Source of the DNA: Aureliella sp.
Lineage (GTDB): Bacteria; Planctomycetota; Planctomycetia; Pirellulales; Pirellulaceae
Direction of reading: 5' to 3'
Length of the DNA: 64,000 nucleotides
Assembly: GCA_963691875.1 (NCBI GenBank)
Contig: OY829846.1
Coordinates: 2,848,001 to 2,912,000, forward strand
Shown: in pieces, positions 9,408 through 19,363 of the stretch
How positions within the stretch are numbered: the stretch's first letter is position 1
Layout of the letters: every line of letters starts with the position of its first letter
Program-made: the position numbers and the translations under genes
Notes under the pieces: generated by a model
What the model saw: only the letters and a program-made list of their open reading frames with translations
What the model was told of the DNA's origin: nothing
The model's database searches: none

Positions 9408-12400
9408 ATGCTTCGGCCTCGATTGACCGCGCTATCTTCACTGTTGCAACTCAGCTTTGGCACTGCCGCTGTAATGGTTTTCATGGGTAACTTGGCTGTA
9501 GCTCAGCAAGGGAAAGCGACCAAGCCAGACCGATTTGCAACAGTTGCCGAGAAGAGTGGCTACACCGACACTGCGAACGAAGCGGAAGTAGCCAACTACT
9601 TGCGCGAGCTGGCGAACAGCTGGCAAGCAGCTGAATTGACCAACATCGGCGTCACCAATGAAGGCCGACCACTCTGGGGCCTAATCGTCGAGCCGCAAGC
9701 CAAAACCGAGATTGCTCCCGTCACCGTCTTGCTACTCGGCGGGATACATTCCGGTGAATGCGATGGAAAAGAAGCCTTGCTTGCTTTGGCCAGAGATATG
9801 GCGAGTGGGAAACAAGGCGATTGGTGGCACGGTCTGCGAATAATTTGGTTGCCCAACTTCAATGCAGACGCCAACGAGCGACGTGGCAAGCTACATCGTC
9901 CAGGGCAAGCGGGCCCAAGCCAAGGCATGGGCGTCCGAGAGAACGCGCAGGGCCTGGATTTGAATCGCGACTTCGTCAAACTCGACTCACCTGAAGTGCG
10001 AAGTCTCGTCGCAGCGCTCAGCGAATACGATGTCGACGCGCTGGTCGACTGCCACACCACGAATGGATCGCTGCACCAATACCAGCTCACTTACGACATC
10101 CCTCACAACCCGGCCACACCAGCCAGTGTCGAAAGCTGGCTTCGCGGCAGTTTGATGCCACAAGTTCGCGAACGACTTGGCGAAAAGGGATTCAAAACTT
10201 TCTGGTACGGCAACTACGATCGAGCACACAGTCGCTGGAGTACGTATGGGTACGAGCCGCGTTACAGTACGGAGTACATGGGGTTACGCGGGAAGATTGG
10301 AATTCTGGCCGAATCATACTCCTACGCCAGCTACGAGACACGCGTCAAAGTTTCCTATCACTTCGTGGAAGAAATACTCCGAGGTTTGGCGGAAAACCAC
10401 GAAGCGGTTCGTGAGATGATCGATGCCGTCGAAGCTGCTCCCAAAGCTGGACGTCCATTGCCGCTGCGTGGGAAGATCGTGAAGACGGCTGAAGGTGTGA
10501 CGACCAAAGGATACCAGAAGCCAGATGGGAGTACTCCTCGGCCTCCGTATGGAGAACATTCTTTCGCTGAGCACGACAAGAAAGACTACGTTGTCGATCT
10601 TTGGAATCGCGCTGAAGCGACACACGTCGTCGATATCCCAAAGTACTACGTGCTGCCCGCCCAGTACGCTTGGGCCGCCAGCCGACTTGTTGGTCATGGT
10701 GTGCAGATCCAACAGTTGATCGAGAACCAAGCAGCCAAGGGTTCTGTCTACCAGGTATCGCAAGTCGAAAAACTCTCCGAGTTTCAACTGCACCGCCGAC
10801 TGAAAATCGAAGCCGTAGGCACGGACATGACGGCTGATCTCGGCGCCGGTTGCTTCGTCATCAACACCAATCAACCGCTCGGTGTTCTCGCTTCGTACCT
10901 GCTAGAACCGATGGCTGACGACGGACTTGCGGCTTGGAATTTCTTGGATCCCGACTGTGAGGCGAACAAGCCGTTTCCTGTTTTCCGTATCAATCAGACC
11001 ATATCTGCAGATGTTCTAAAGCCAGTCGCGCTGATCGACAACACAGAACGAATTACGCTGGATCGGCTGCAAGCACCGGAAAAACGTGTGCAATACGGAG
11101 GCCGTAGAATTCGCAGCGCACGTTGGCTGAAGAATAGCAGTGACTATGTCATTACTGGCGGCTGGGGCAGAACCTACGCTGTTGACGCTGCTACCGGATC
11201 ACGTCGCCCGCTAACTGAGATGGACTCGTTTCGCAGCAAGTTGTCAGAGCTGGAATCGTTCTCGCCCGAACAAGCTCAAGCTGCCGCAACCATTTCCGCG
11301 TTCACCGATGATTGGAAGTTCGCTACGGTTTCCCATGACAACGATTTGTACTTCTTTGATGCAGAGAGCAATGAGGTTCGACAGCTGACAGATTCCTCAG
11401 ATGAGGCCGAGCGGCTTTCGGACCTGAGCCCGACTGGCGAGCACATCGCCTTCGTTCGTGACAACAATCTGTGGCTCGTCGATTGCAAGACAGCGGAGCT
11501 CAAGCAACTCACGCAAGATGGTTCCGTCGAACTTTTGAATGGAATTCTCGATTGGGTCTACCAGGAGGAACTTTACGGGCGTGGCAACTTCAAAGGCTTC
11601 TGGTGGAGCCCGGATGGTTCGCAGATCGCAATGCTGCAGCTCGATCAAACGCCAGTACCGAGTTACCAAGTCTCAGACAGCACGACTTTCGGCCAATCGC
11701 TGGAAGCGACCCGTTATCCTAAAGCCGGACAGCCTCTGCCGACCGCGCGAGTTTGGCTGCTGGACATCGCCACAGGCGAAAAGCGAGAAGTGGATCTGTC
11801 CAAATGGGAATCGAACGATCGGCTGATTGGTCGTGTCACTTGGTCGCCCACAGGACAACTTTGGCTTCAGGTTTTCAACCGTGTTCAGAATCGATTAGAA
11901 CTCGTCCGAGTGAACCCCGAAACCGGTGTTACCAAGGTTCTTTTTACCGAAGAGAGTCCCGGCTGGATTGAAATTCGCGGAGTGCCCGAGTTCTTGCCCA
12001 GCGGCGAGTTCCTATGGCTAAGCGATCTGCCCGCGGGACGCACTCATCTGTTCCGAGTCAACGCTACCACCGGCAAGCGGACGCAGCTGACCAAGGGGGA
12101 ATGGGAGATCGATGCTCTCGAGCTGATCTCGTCAGACTTCAAGACGGCTTTTGTATCTGGCAATATCACGAGTCCCATCGAACGCCAACTTCTAGCGATT
12201 GACTTAGAGAACAACGCGATTTGTCAAGTCACCGCTGCTCCTGGAACCCACCGCGTATCCCTCAATGCCTCGGGCGAGTTCTTCTTCGACGTATTCAGCA
12301 GTACGGATTCGCAGCCTGTTGCAACTCTGCATCGCGCGGACGGAGAACTTCTGCGAGTGACCGAAGCTCCGATTTCGGATCGACATCAATTTATCAGTAT

Positions 12401-13211
12401 CGATCCACCAAGCACCTTTGCGATCAAAGCACGGGATGGTGTGGAGCTCCAGACACAGTTGATGCTCCCGAAGGGTTTTGATCCCAAGAAGCCGAGCGGG
12501 AAACTTCCGGTGTTATTTCATGTTTATGGAGGCCCGCAAGCTCCAACAGTGAAGAATGAATGGCAAAGCCGTTATTATTGGTGGCACCAAATGCTCTGCC
12601 AGCAGGGTATCGCAGTTGTGCTTTGTGACAACCGAGCCTCTCGCGGCCGCGGTGTGAAGGACACTTGGACCATTCGTGGCGACATGTGCCGTGTCGAGTT
12701 ACAGGACTTGGAAGACGCAGTGAAATGGGTGAATGAGCAACCCTGGGCCGACTCTAAGCGAGTCGGTCTGTGGGGCTGGAGCTACGGAGGCTACTTCACA
12801 TCCTACGCACTCACTCACAGCAAGCTGTTCAAGTGTGGCATCGCTGGCGCACCAGTGACTGACTGGCGCAACTACGACGCGATTTATACCGAACGCTATA
12901 TGGACTTGCCGCAAAATAATCCAACGGGCTACGAGTCCAGCTCCGTAGTGAAAGCTGCTGGGAATTTGCACGGCAACCTGATGCTGATTCATGGCGAGCG
13001 AGACGACAATGTGCATATCAGCAACACTTTCCAGCTCGTCAACGCACTTCAAGCCGCTAATAAGCAGTTTGACCTGATGATTTATCCTCGCAATCGTCAC
13101 GGCATTGTCGATCCCAAGCAGCGTTATCACATGTTCCAGATGATGACGCGATTCTTAGAGAGACATCTTGAACCAGGTGTGCCTGCAGCACCGATTGCGA
13201 TCCCCAAGTAG
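9408..13211 (+). CDS. Secreted M14 metallocarboxypeptidase - S9B (DPP IV-like) peptidase fusion
   Basis: M14 motifs GIHSGE (HxxE), DLNRDF and DCH. DPP IV propeller motif NGILDWVYQEE. S9 triad GWSYGG / DDNVH / RHGI. ATG at 9408 precedes a signal peptide. Confidence 0.88.
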   Translation: MLRPRLTALSSLLQLSFGTAAVMVFMGNLAVAQQGKATKPDRFATVAEKSGYTDTANEAEVANYLRELANSWQAAELTNIGVTNEGRPLWGLIVEPQAKTEIAPVTVLLLGGIHSGECDGKEALLALARDMASGKQGDWWHGLRIIWLPNFNADANERRGKLHRPGQAGPSQGMGVRENAQGLDLNRDFVKLDSPEVRSLVAALSEYDVDALVDCHTTNGSLHQYQLTYDIPHNPATPASVESWLRGSLMPQVRERLGEKGFKTFWYGNYDRAHSRWSTYGYEPRYSTEYMGLRGKIGILAESYSYASYETRVKVSYHFVEEILRGLAENHEAVREMIDAVEAAPKAGRPLPLRGKIVKTAEGVTTKGYQKPDGSTPRPPYGEHSFAEHDKKDYVVDLWNRAEATHVVDIPKYYVLPAQYAWAASRLVGHGVQIQQLIENQAAKGSVYQVSQVEKLSEFQLHRRLKIEAVGTDMTADLGAGCFVINTNQPLGVLASYLLEPMADDGLAAWNFLDPDCEANKPFPVFRINQTISADVLKPVALIDNTERITLDRLQAPEKRVQYGGRRIRSARWLKNSSDYVITGGWGRTYAVDAATGSRRPLTEMDSFRSKLSELESFSPEQAQAAATISAFTDDWKFATVSHDNDLYFFDAESNEVRQLTDSSDEAERLSDLSPTGEHIAFVRDNNLWLVDCKTAELKQLTQDGSVELLNGILDWVYQEELYGRGNFKGFWWSPDGSQIAMLQLDQTPVPSYQVSDSTTFGQSLEATRYPKAGQPLPTARVWLLDIATGEKREVDLSKWESNDRLIGRVTWSPTGQLWLQVFNRVQNRLELVRVNPETGVTKVLFTEESPGWIEIRGVPEFLPSGEFLWLSDLPAGRTHLFRVNATTGKRTQLTKGEWEIDALELISSDFKTAFVSGNITSPIERQLLAIDLENNAICQVTAAPGTHRVSLNASGEFFFDVFSSTDSQPVATLHRADGELLRVTEAPISDRHQFISIDPPSTFAIKARDGVELQTQLMLPKGFDPKKPSGKLPVLFHVYGGPQAPTVKNEWQSRYYWWHQMLCQQGIAVVLCDNRASRGRGVKDTWTIRGDMCRVELQDLEDAVKWVNEQPWADSKRVGLWGWSYGGYFTSYALTHSKLFKCGIAGAPVTDWRNYDAIYTERYMDLPQNNPTGYESSSVVKAAGNLHGNLMLIHGERDDNVHISNTFQLVNALQAANKQFDLMIYPRNRHGIVDPKQRYHMFQMMTRFLERHLEPGVPAAPIAIPK

Positions 13212-13631
13212 ATGACAAAGCCTGAGCGGTGGAATCCGGCCCCCTCCACTTCTCATTTTGCGGAACAAGCCAGATCATGAAACCTGGCGACGGTGCTTTG
13301 GCTTTCAGAACACCTTTGTCGCGAATGAGCCTTCGGATATGGAGAACGATGGGTTCAGCTTCTCCGAAAGCTTCCGTTTCTTTCTCTCCTGGAGTATCAA
13401 AAGTGAAGGAGCCATCTAGAAACTCTATTAGCGGGAGTTGGGTCGGTTCCCGAAGCTAGAAACTAGCTTCCGATCAGTAGATCCTGTGCAGCAAAAGCAC
13501 CCCCAATACGCGTCTTGCTCCGCGAGCATCAACTTGGCAAGCAAATGCAAGCTGCTAACAATCGCCCCCACGGGTAAAACCAGTGCCACGCTATAACGCG
13601 AGCGGCCGAAGCCTGGATTCCAGCGAAAGGT

Positions 13632-14462
13632 TCATACTTTCAAAGCCAACAGCACTTCTCGTTTGCCACTGGGTGGACCTCGGAGCTTGTGCACTTCAAA
13701 TCCAGCTTGTGCCAAGTCACGACGGACTCTGCCTTTAACGCAATAACTCGTCAGGGTGCCTCCTTCAAGAAGAAGATCATGGCAGTGGCCAAAGACCTCC
13801 GGCGTCCAGAGTTCTGGGTTCGTATCAGGAGAGAAGGGATCGAAGTAGATCGCATGAAAACGACTCTGCTTTTCAGCCGTAAATTGCTGTGCGTCATCGA
13901 GAAAGACAGTGAGCTCGATTTGGTCTGCAACTTTGCAACCGCGCGACCGCTGCGGAGCATGCATGCGATCCATCTCACTTTCCGGCTCGGACAGTAACTC
14001 GTACGTACACTTCTTGAGTGCCTCAAGTTGCTCGGCAAGCCTTCGCAGAAAGGCGTCTTGATCGTCCGCAGGAGTGCTGGCTAAGGGTAGCCTATCAACG
14101 GCCCCCAGAAAGCTTGCTGCCAGTGGCAAGTCGGCTAACAGGTCCGAAGGCAATAAATTATTTTCGAGCGAAGTGTAGCTCAACGGACATCCAGCGACCT
14201 TTGCAAAAGCCGCAGTCAAGAAAAAGGCAGTGCCAGTACCGAAGCCGTACTCCAGAACGCGAGTGGGCTCACGAGAAATCAATCGCTCGGCCACGCCGCT
14301 ATTGATCAGATAGACGCACCAGGATTCAGCGAGAGCGCCGCACCCGCTGTGATAGGTTTCGCCAAGCTGGTTATCTTTCAGAGTTCGACTACCGTCGTCG
14401 GTGATGATCCAGTCGTAACGAGTATCGGCGGAAGGTAATCGGGGACGTTGTGGAGACGGCAA
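13632..14462 (-). CDS. mnmD: tRNA mnm5s2U34 methyltransferase (stand-alone MnmC methyltransferase domain)
   Basis: Motifs TDDGSRTL, GETYHS..GALAES..VY, VLEYGFGTG, IYFDPFSPDTNPELW and GKRE. Confidence 0.85.
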   Translation of the reverse strand: MPSPQRPRLPSADTRYDWIITDDGSRTLKDNQLGETYHSGCGALAESWCVYLINSGVAERLISREPTRVLEYGFGTGTAFFLTAAFAKVAGCPLSYTSLENNLLPSDLLADLPLAASFLGAVDRLPLASTPADDQDAFLRRLAEQLEALKKCTYELLSEPESEMDRMHAPQRSRGCKVADQIELTVFLDDAQQFTAEKQSRFHAIYFDPFSPDTNPELWTPEVFGHCHDLLLEGGTLTSYCVKGRVRRDLAQAGFEVHKLRGPPSGKREVLLALKV

Positions 14463-14479
14463 GGTTGAGGCCTCCTGAG

Positions 14480-14737
14480 CTAGACTTTCTTAGTTAGCAA
14501 TTCTGCGACTAAGGCAGGATCGTCTTGGGCGCGGAGGTGATCGATAGTCTTCTGCGGCACACCGGCTTTGGAAAGGCTCTTGGCCAATGAGTCCCAAACC
14601 TTTTGACGCTTCTTTCCTTCGGCCAAGTACAACTCGGTTACCAGCTCTTGAGCGCGCTGCAGCCCGATATTGTCGGCATTCTCATAGTATCGACGAATGA
14701 CGTTTTGCTGGTACTTGGAGTAATTCTTCTCGCTCAT
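14480..14737 (-). CDS. Small hypothetical helical protein
   Basis: 85 aa protein-like ORF preceded by GAAGGAAT (RBS-like) and co-oriented 17 bp upstream of mnmD. Confidence 0.75.
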   Translation of the reverse strand: MSEKNYSKYQQNVIRRYYENADNIGLQRAQELVTELYLAEGKKRQKVWDSLAKSLSKAGVPQKTIDHLRAQDDPALVAELLTKKV

Positions 14738-15299
14738 GGGATTCCTTCGGGGGTATATCTGGTTGCTGGAGCAGCGGGAAATACCAGCAATGCTGCAGCT
14801 GCTTCTAGCAGAAGTATCGTAATTGCTTGCCTGAGACTTGTATGATCTCCGATAAGCCCTAAATCGCCAACAAGAATTGCAGGATTGGAGCCGGAGAAAT
14901 TGGGCATTCCTAGATGAGGCTCGCAGCAGAGTCCCCCTCGAATGTCTGACTGCAAAGAAAAATGCTCCGCTTCGGGCACTTGGCCCATTGGCTTAGTCAA
15001 GTGGTTTATCGGATTAGAATCACACTGTGCATTTCTAGTGGGCACAAAGTAACTTTGTGGAGACGCAATATCCAATGCAACATCTTGGTAACGCTGTGGC
15101 AATCGTAATTGGCTGCGTCTGCCTGTTCGCAGCGTACTGCAACGAGTACTTATGGAGGCGCTGCTAGGACGCGGTCAAAAACACCTGGATTGACCATCGT
15201 AGACGGCAAAAGTATTTCGCATCAAATCGAATTCGAATTTCAAGGCAAGACTCGGCGACTCGATTCCGAGGATGAAGATCTGTCGGGAGTGGTCGGAGC

Positions 15300-15563
15300 A
15301 TCCGTAATGATCCCCGCAAATCCTCATACAGATGGATGCACCATGCCGAATACCCACAATATATTGCGAAACTATCCGCCACATCGGACGCAAAAATCTG
15401 GCACTGCGACCACTGCAAGAACAACGTCTAACCGTGTGAATCTGTCGAAAAGTTGAAAAAGTGCTCCAACGCTGGACAGTGCGTCACCTTAAGTTTCCAA
15501 CCATGCGCGCCAGACGACACAAATGTCGGCGATGTGGTGCGTGTGAGCAGCGCCATTTTTTGA
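15300..15563 (+). pseudogene. Remnant of a Cys-motif protein
   Basis: One frame reads ...WHCDHCKNNV*PCESVEKLKKCSNAGQCVTL... with TAA at 15429-15431 inside a CxxC..C..C pattern. Boundaries are approximate. Confidence 0.35.
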
Positions 15564-15830
15564 ACATCGATCCGACCATGGAGAAGCTTGATGCTGCCGG
15601 AAGCAAAGAAGAGGTGCTGCACCATGTCTTGGAGCGATCCATGCCCACTTCGATATCATTGAGTGAAATTGGAGATATCCAAGAAAACAGTCAGAGGAAC
15701 TCTCTCTTGGAGACTGAACAAATACAAGCACAACGCGTAATTGAGTGAGTCAGTCGCATATCAAGTGACTAAAGCCTGGGCTCCAGCAAAGTTGTGTAAG
15801 CGGAAGCAAAAGGGAAGGGCATAGTGAAGT

Positions 15831-15849
15831 CTCGCTCACGCTTCGGGTT
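15831..15849. repeat. REP-like repeat arm (ctcgctcacgcttcgg family)
   Basis: 16 nt identical to 56956-56971; a reverse-complement variant lies at 55885-55900. Confidence 0.6.
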
Positions 15850-15877
15850 GAGTTAGCCAATCTTGTGCCTCGCGGGA

Positions 15878-16366
15878 CTATTTCTCGACTCGCCGAAACA
15901 CCTTCTCAGAGTGAGTGCCGTTTGACGCCAACTTTAGCGAACGTTGACCATTCGATGCAGCTTCAAGCGTCACTTGAAGATAATCGTCGGGCAAGCTCTC
16001 AGGAAAACGCTCGGCCCATTCGATCAACACGATATTCGGTTGCTCGAAGAGCTCATCAATGCCGAGATCCCAAACTTCATCAATGTTGCTGAGCCGGTAA
16101 TAGTCGAAGTGATAGACAGGGCGTTGAGCAGAGTAACGCTGGAGAAGTACGTAGGTTGGACTGGTTACTTCCTCCGCTGGTACGTCCCAAGCCTCGGCCA
16201 TAAAGCGAATAGCCTGCGTCTTGCCGGTGCCCAATGTGCCGGTGAAAGCCACGGTGATAGCCGTAGACGTCGAATCGATTTCCGCATCGATCGCCTTGGC
16301 AAGTTGAACTGCGAAAGCCTTGGTAGCCTCGAGCGAGGCCAAGCTTCGGTGCAACACATCACTCAT
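15878..16366 (-). CDS. tsaE: tRNA threonylcarbamoyladenosine biosynthesis ATPase TsaE
   Basis: Walker A GTLGTGKT, VTSPTY, HFDYYRL and IEWAE. The start is ATG at 16366, overlapping the upstream stop (ATGAGTGA). Confidence 0.92.
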   Translation of the reverse strand: MSDVLHRSLASLEATKAFAVQLAKAIDAEIDSTSTAITVAFTGTLGTGKTQAIRFMAEAWDVPAEEVTSPTYVLLQRYSAQRPVYHFDYYRLSNIDEVWDLGIDELFEQPNIVLIEWAERFPESLPDDYLQVTLEAASNGQRSLKLASNGTHSEKVFRRVEK

Positions 16367-17636
16367 CTTGCACCTGCTCTGCTTTCGGAAGGGAGCGGCT
16401 AGCGATCGACCATAAAAACGGCTCACGGATGCGTTCGATCTCCTTCGTGCCTTTGTACTCTCGGCGAGATCGTTTTCCATCCAATCTTGCAGCGGGTCCA
16501 AGCACGGTTGCTCGTACTTCGAAGGGAGAGTCGACGCGTTTGGCCAAGTTGAGTGCGATACCAGCTTGAAAACGGGCTTGGGGATAGATGGGAACACCAA
16601 GCTGCTCGAGTGACCATTTATCGATTGGGACGCGAATCCAGATCTGCGTGAGTTGATCTTCCTCCTGCATCAAGTCTTGCAGCTCCTGCGGCAGACGCTC
16701 CTTGGCTGAGGCAGCGACTTCTACGACGACGCGTGAACTGTGCGGCGCGTACAAAGCCCAACTTGGCCAGTGATCCCACCAACTCACGCGCTCGAGCAAT
16801 GGCAGAAAAAGCACCGGTGCAAGCAATGCCTTAGGCAGCCAAGCTTCGGTCGGTGCACCAATGGCGTCCTGTAGGCTTGCGGTTGAACCAGGCTCTTCGG
16901 ATATCGCCGGAATTCCTCGCTTTACCTCGGGCTCCACCACCGACTCTCGGACAAACAACAGCCAAGCCAGGCCGACAAAATGTAAGTTCCAAAGTATCAC
17001 GCCCAAAGAATGATTGAGCCCAAGCGGACTGAGCAGCAGGACCAGCCCCAGGTGCAACAAGCAGGCAAGCCAACCTGCGATCCACCGAGTCCGCCTCCAA
17101 ATCAATCCGATCGCCACTACCAACTCCACCAGTGGCATCATAAAGGCCAATGCAAGTTGGGTCCCGCTTGAAAGCTGAGTGGTATCGACAAACCGGGCAA
17201 GCCCTGCCTCAACGAAACTCGCGCCGACGGTAAATAGAAACTCGTAGTCAATCTTGCTTATTGCCGAGTAGATGTAGATGCTGACTACTAAACATTGCAA
17301 CAACTTATGTTGCAGTTTTTCATCGCGGACCAGGAATAATGCAGCGACCAGCGTGAGTTGATAGTGCCAGGGCTGCAAGCGGTGCTGGTTCAGGGCAACA
17401 AGCCCAAACGCGCCGAACAAGACCAGCACTGGACCAACAAAGTTCTTCGAACCAGCTGTTAACGCCCATCCGAGAACTAGCAACCCGAGGAGCAACCAAT
17501 CGATCCAGATCGGTACTTGCATGAAAGACTCAAGCAACGGGAGCTGTGGGAAGCCGTCGGAATGTGGGGCTTGAACCCAAAGAGGATAAGTGACCGCGAG
17601 CAGCGCGATTGCCGAAAGTGCCGACCAGCCACGCAA
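16359..17636 (-). CDS. Hypothetical polytopic membrane protein (possibly HTTM/DoxX-like)
   Basis: Many TM helices with the motifs NQHRLQPWHYQ, IYIYSAISK and WDHWPSWALY. Tightly coupled between the ketosynthase and tsaE. Confidence 0.65.
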   Translation of the reverse strand: MRGWSALSAIALLAVTYPLWVQAPHSDGFPQLPLLESFMQVPIWIDWLLLGLLVLGWALTAGSKNFVGPVLVLFGAFGLVALNQHRLQPWHYQLTLVAALFLVRDEKLQHKLLQCLVVSIYIYSAISKIDYEFLFTVGASFVEAGLARFVDTTQLSSGTQLALAFMMPLVELVVAIGLIWRRTRWIAGWLACLLHLGLVLLLSPLGLNHSLGVILWNLHFVGLAWLLFVRESVVEPEVKRGIPAISEEPGSTASLQDAIGAPTEAWLPKALLAPVLFLPLLERVSWWDHWPSWALYAPHSSRVVVEVAASAKERLPQELQDLMQEEDQLTQIWIRVPIDKWSLEQLGVPIYPQARFQAGIALNLAKRVDSPFEVRATVLGPAARLDGKRSRREYKGTKEIERIREPFLWSIASRSLPKAEQVQDE

Positions 17637-17643
17637 AGTGCAC

Positions 17644-18903
17644 CTAGACCTTGCGCACGATGACGACAGAGTTGATTCCGAGCATGCCGAAAGAGTTGTT
17701 CAGGATGTACTTCACACGGCTTAACTCACGCGGCTGATTGTCGACTAATCCATTTAGCTCGCAATCTGGATCTAAGTTGTCCAAATTGATCGTGGCGTGG
17801 CAAACATTGTCATCCAAGCTTGGCAGGTTGCCCGCAAGTTCTAATGCACCGGCAGCCCCCATCGTGTGACCGATGAAACTCTTCGTATTGTTAAAGTGAG
17901 TGCTCTCGCAGCCGTCAAACACATTTCGCAGCGCTTGGCACTCCTGCGAGTCACCGCTGCTGGTACCTGTAGCATGTGTGCTGACAATGTCGATCTCATC
18001 AGCAGGCAAACCGGCTCGCTTCAGAGCCATTTCCACACACTGCGCCTGTCGCTCCGGATTTGGCAGAACGAAATCGGTGGCGTCGGTATTGATCGCATAG
18101 GAAACGATTTCTGCAATGATTTCGGCACCACGCTTCTTGGCATCGCTCAGACGCTCAAGAATGTATAGGCAAGCTCCTTCAGAAACCACGATGCCATTTC
18201 GGTCTTTGTCGAAAGGACGGCAAGCTCTTTCTGGATCGTCGTGCGTCGCCAAAGCTCCCTGGCTCTTGAAGCTCGCGAAGATACCGAAGGTGTGGATACT
18301 CTCGGAAACGCCACCCGCGATGGCAATATCGCATTCACCAAGTCTCAGTTGCTGAGCACCCTGAATAATCCCCGCATTGCCGGCGGCACAAGCGGCGCCG
18401 ATCGTGTAGTGCGGGCCAGTCACGCCCAGGTTGAGAGCGACTTCGCCAGCTGGATTATTGGCAACGGTTCGCGGGTTGTGGTGGTGCGACCAAAACTGAG
18501 TGTCGTAGTCGAAACCTTTGATTTGATAGATTTCATTTTCGGTCTCAACGTTGCCGTGTTCGGTGACTCCGATGTAAATGCCGACCCGTGACTTGTCTAC
18601 ATTTTCCCAATCCATCCCGCTGCGACTGATGGCTTCGTTGGAGGCCCAGATGCCGACGGCTCCAGCTCGTGTACCACGTCGAGCGTCCTTGCGAGATTGG
18701 TATTGCGTGGCAGGAAAATCGCAGATTCCTGCCAGAGTCTCGCCGACATAACGGATCTCGTAAGGCTGTACACCGCTCTTGCCAGCCAACAGATTCTGGC
18801 GGAGATCTTCGATGCTGTTTCCGGCGGGACTGGTCAAGCCTACTGCCGTCAGCACTATGCGCTGCTCGTCTGGCAGCGTGGCAGCATTGTCACTAGCGAT
18901 CAT
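17644..18903 (-). CDS. Beta-ketoacyl-ACP synthase (FabF-like)
   Basis: Cys-His-His triad in AACAAG, STHATGT and KSFIGHTMGAAG; also RPFDKDRNG and NNSFGMLG. Confidence 0.9.
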   Translation of the reverse strand: MIASDNAATLPDEQRIVLTAVGLTSPAGNSIEDLRQNLLAGKSGVQPYEIRYVGETLAGICDFPATQYQSRKDARRGTRAGAVGIWASNEAISRSGMDWENVDKSRVGIYIGVTEHGNVETENEIYQIKGFDYDTQFWSHHHNPRTVANNPAGEVALNLGVTGPHYTIGAACAAGNAGIIQGAQQLRLGECDIAIAGGVSESIHTFGIFASFKSQGALATHDDPERACRPFDKDRNGIVVSEGACLYILERLSDAKKRGAEIIAEIVSYAINTDATDFVLPNPERQAQCVEMALKRAGLPADEIDIVSTHATGTSSGDSQECQALRNVFDGCESTHFNNTKSFIGHTMGAAGALELAGNLPSLDDNVCHATINLDNLDPDCELNGLVDNQPRELSRVKYILNNSFGMLGINSVVIVRKV

Positions 18904-19363
18904 CTAAAGCAGAACTCGTCTGTAAGCACCGAGGCGGGGACAATCATCCTAACCCGTAAATTCCTGCAAAAACAAAGCGAGGATCGTTTGGCCTCACTCG
19001 TGTCCGCACTTAAAAAATTACCGCTTCAAGTCCAGATCAGCAAGGGCCTGGACCGCGGCTTCAGGGCCAGATTTTCAACGATTCCCAGAGAAAACAAGGG
19101 AAAAGTACTCTGGATCGCTTACTCAATCACTCCGGAATAAGACTTGAACCTTCCCACACACATCCCCAGATGAATTTGCTTTTGTGAAGTCTCAGATGTT
19201 AAGATATAGATCGCTTCTCTGCCTTGTCTATCGCCTTTCCGATGATTCCTAAACCATCCGAGTGGGACCAATTCCGTGTCTGACATGACGGCGTTTCTCC
19301 CGTTCTAAAGGGAGATACCCCTTTTTTTCTCACAAACTAGCGCGCGATTGCGGGGAGTGAAGA

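Noticed and set aside
13229..13470. Protein-like minus-strand stretch and an 8 bp hairpin (gaagctag-aaa-ctagcttc) between convergent genes
   Set aside because: No start codon or family motif for the stretch and no U-tract after the hairpin; too weak to call.
15878..16600. 240 aa N-terminally extended TsaE in the ORF track
   Set aside because: The extension overlaps the upstream membrane gene. ATG at 16366 gives a normal-length, translationally coupled TsaE.
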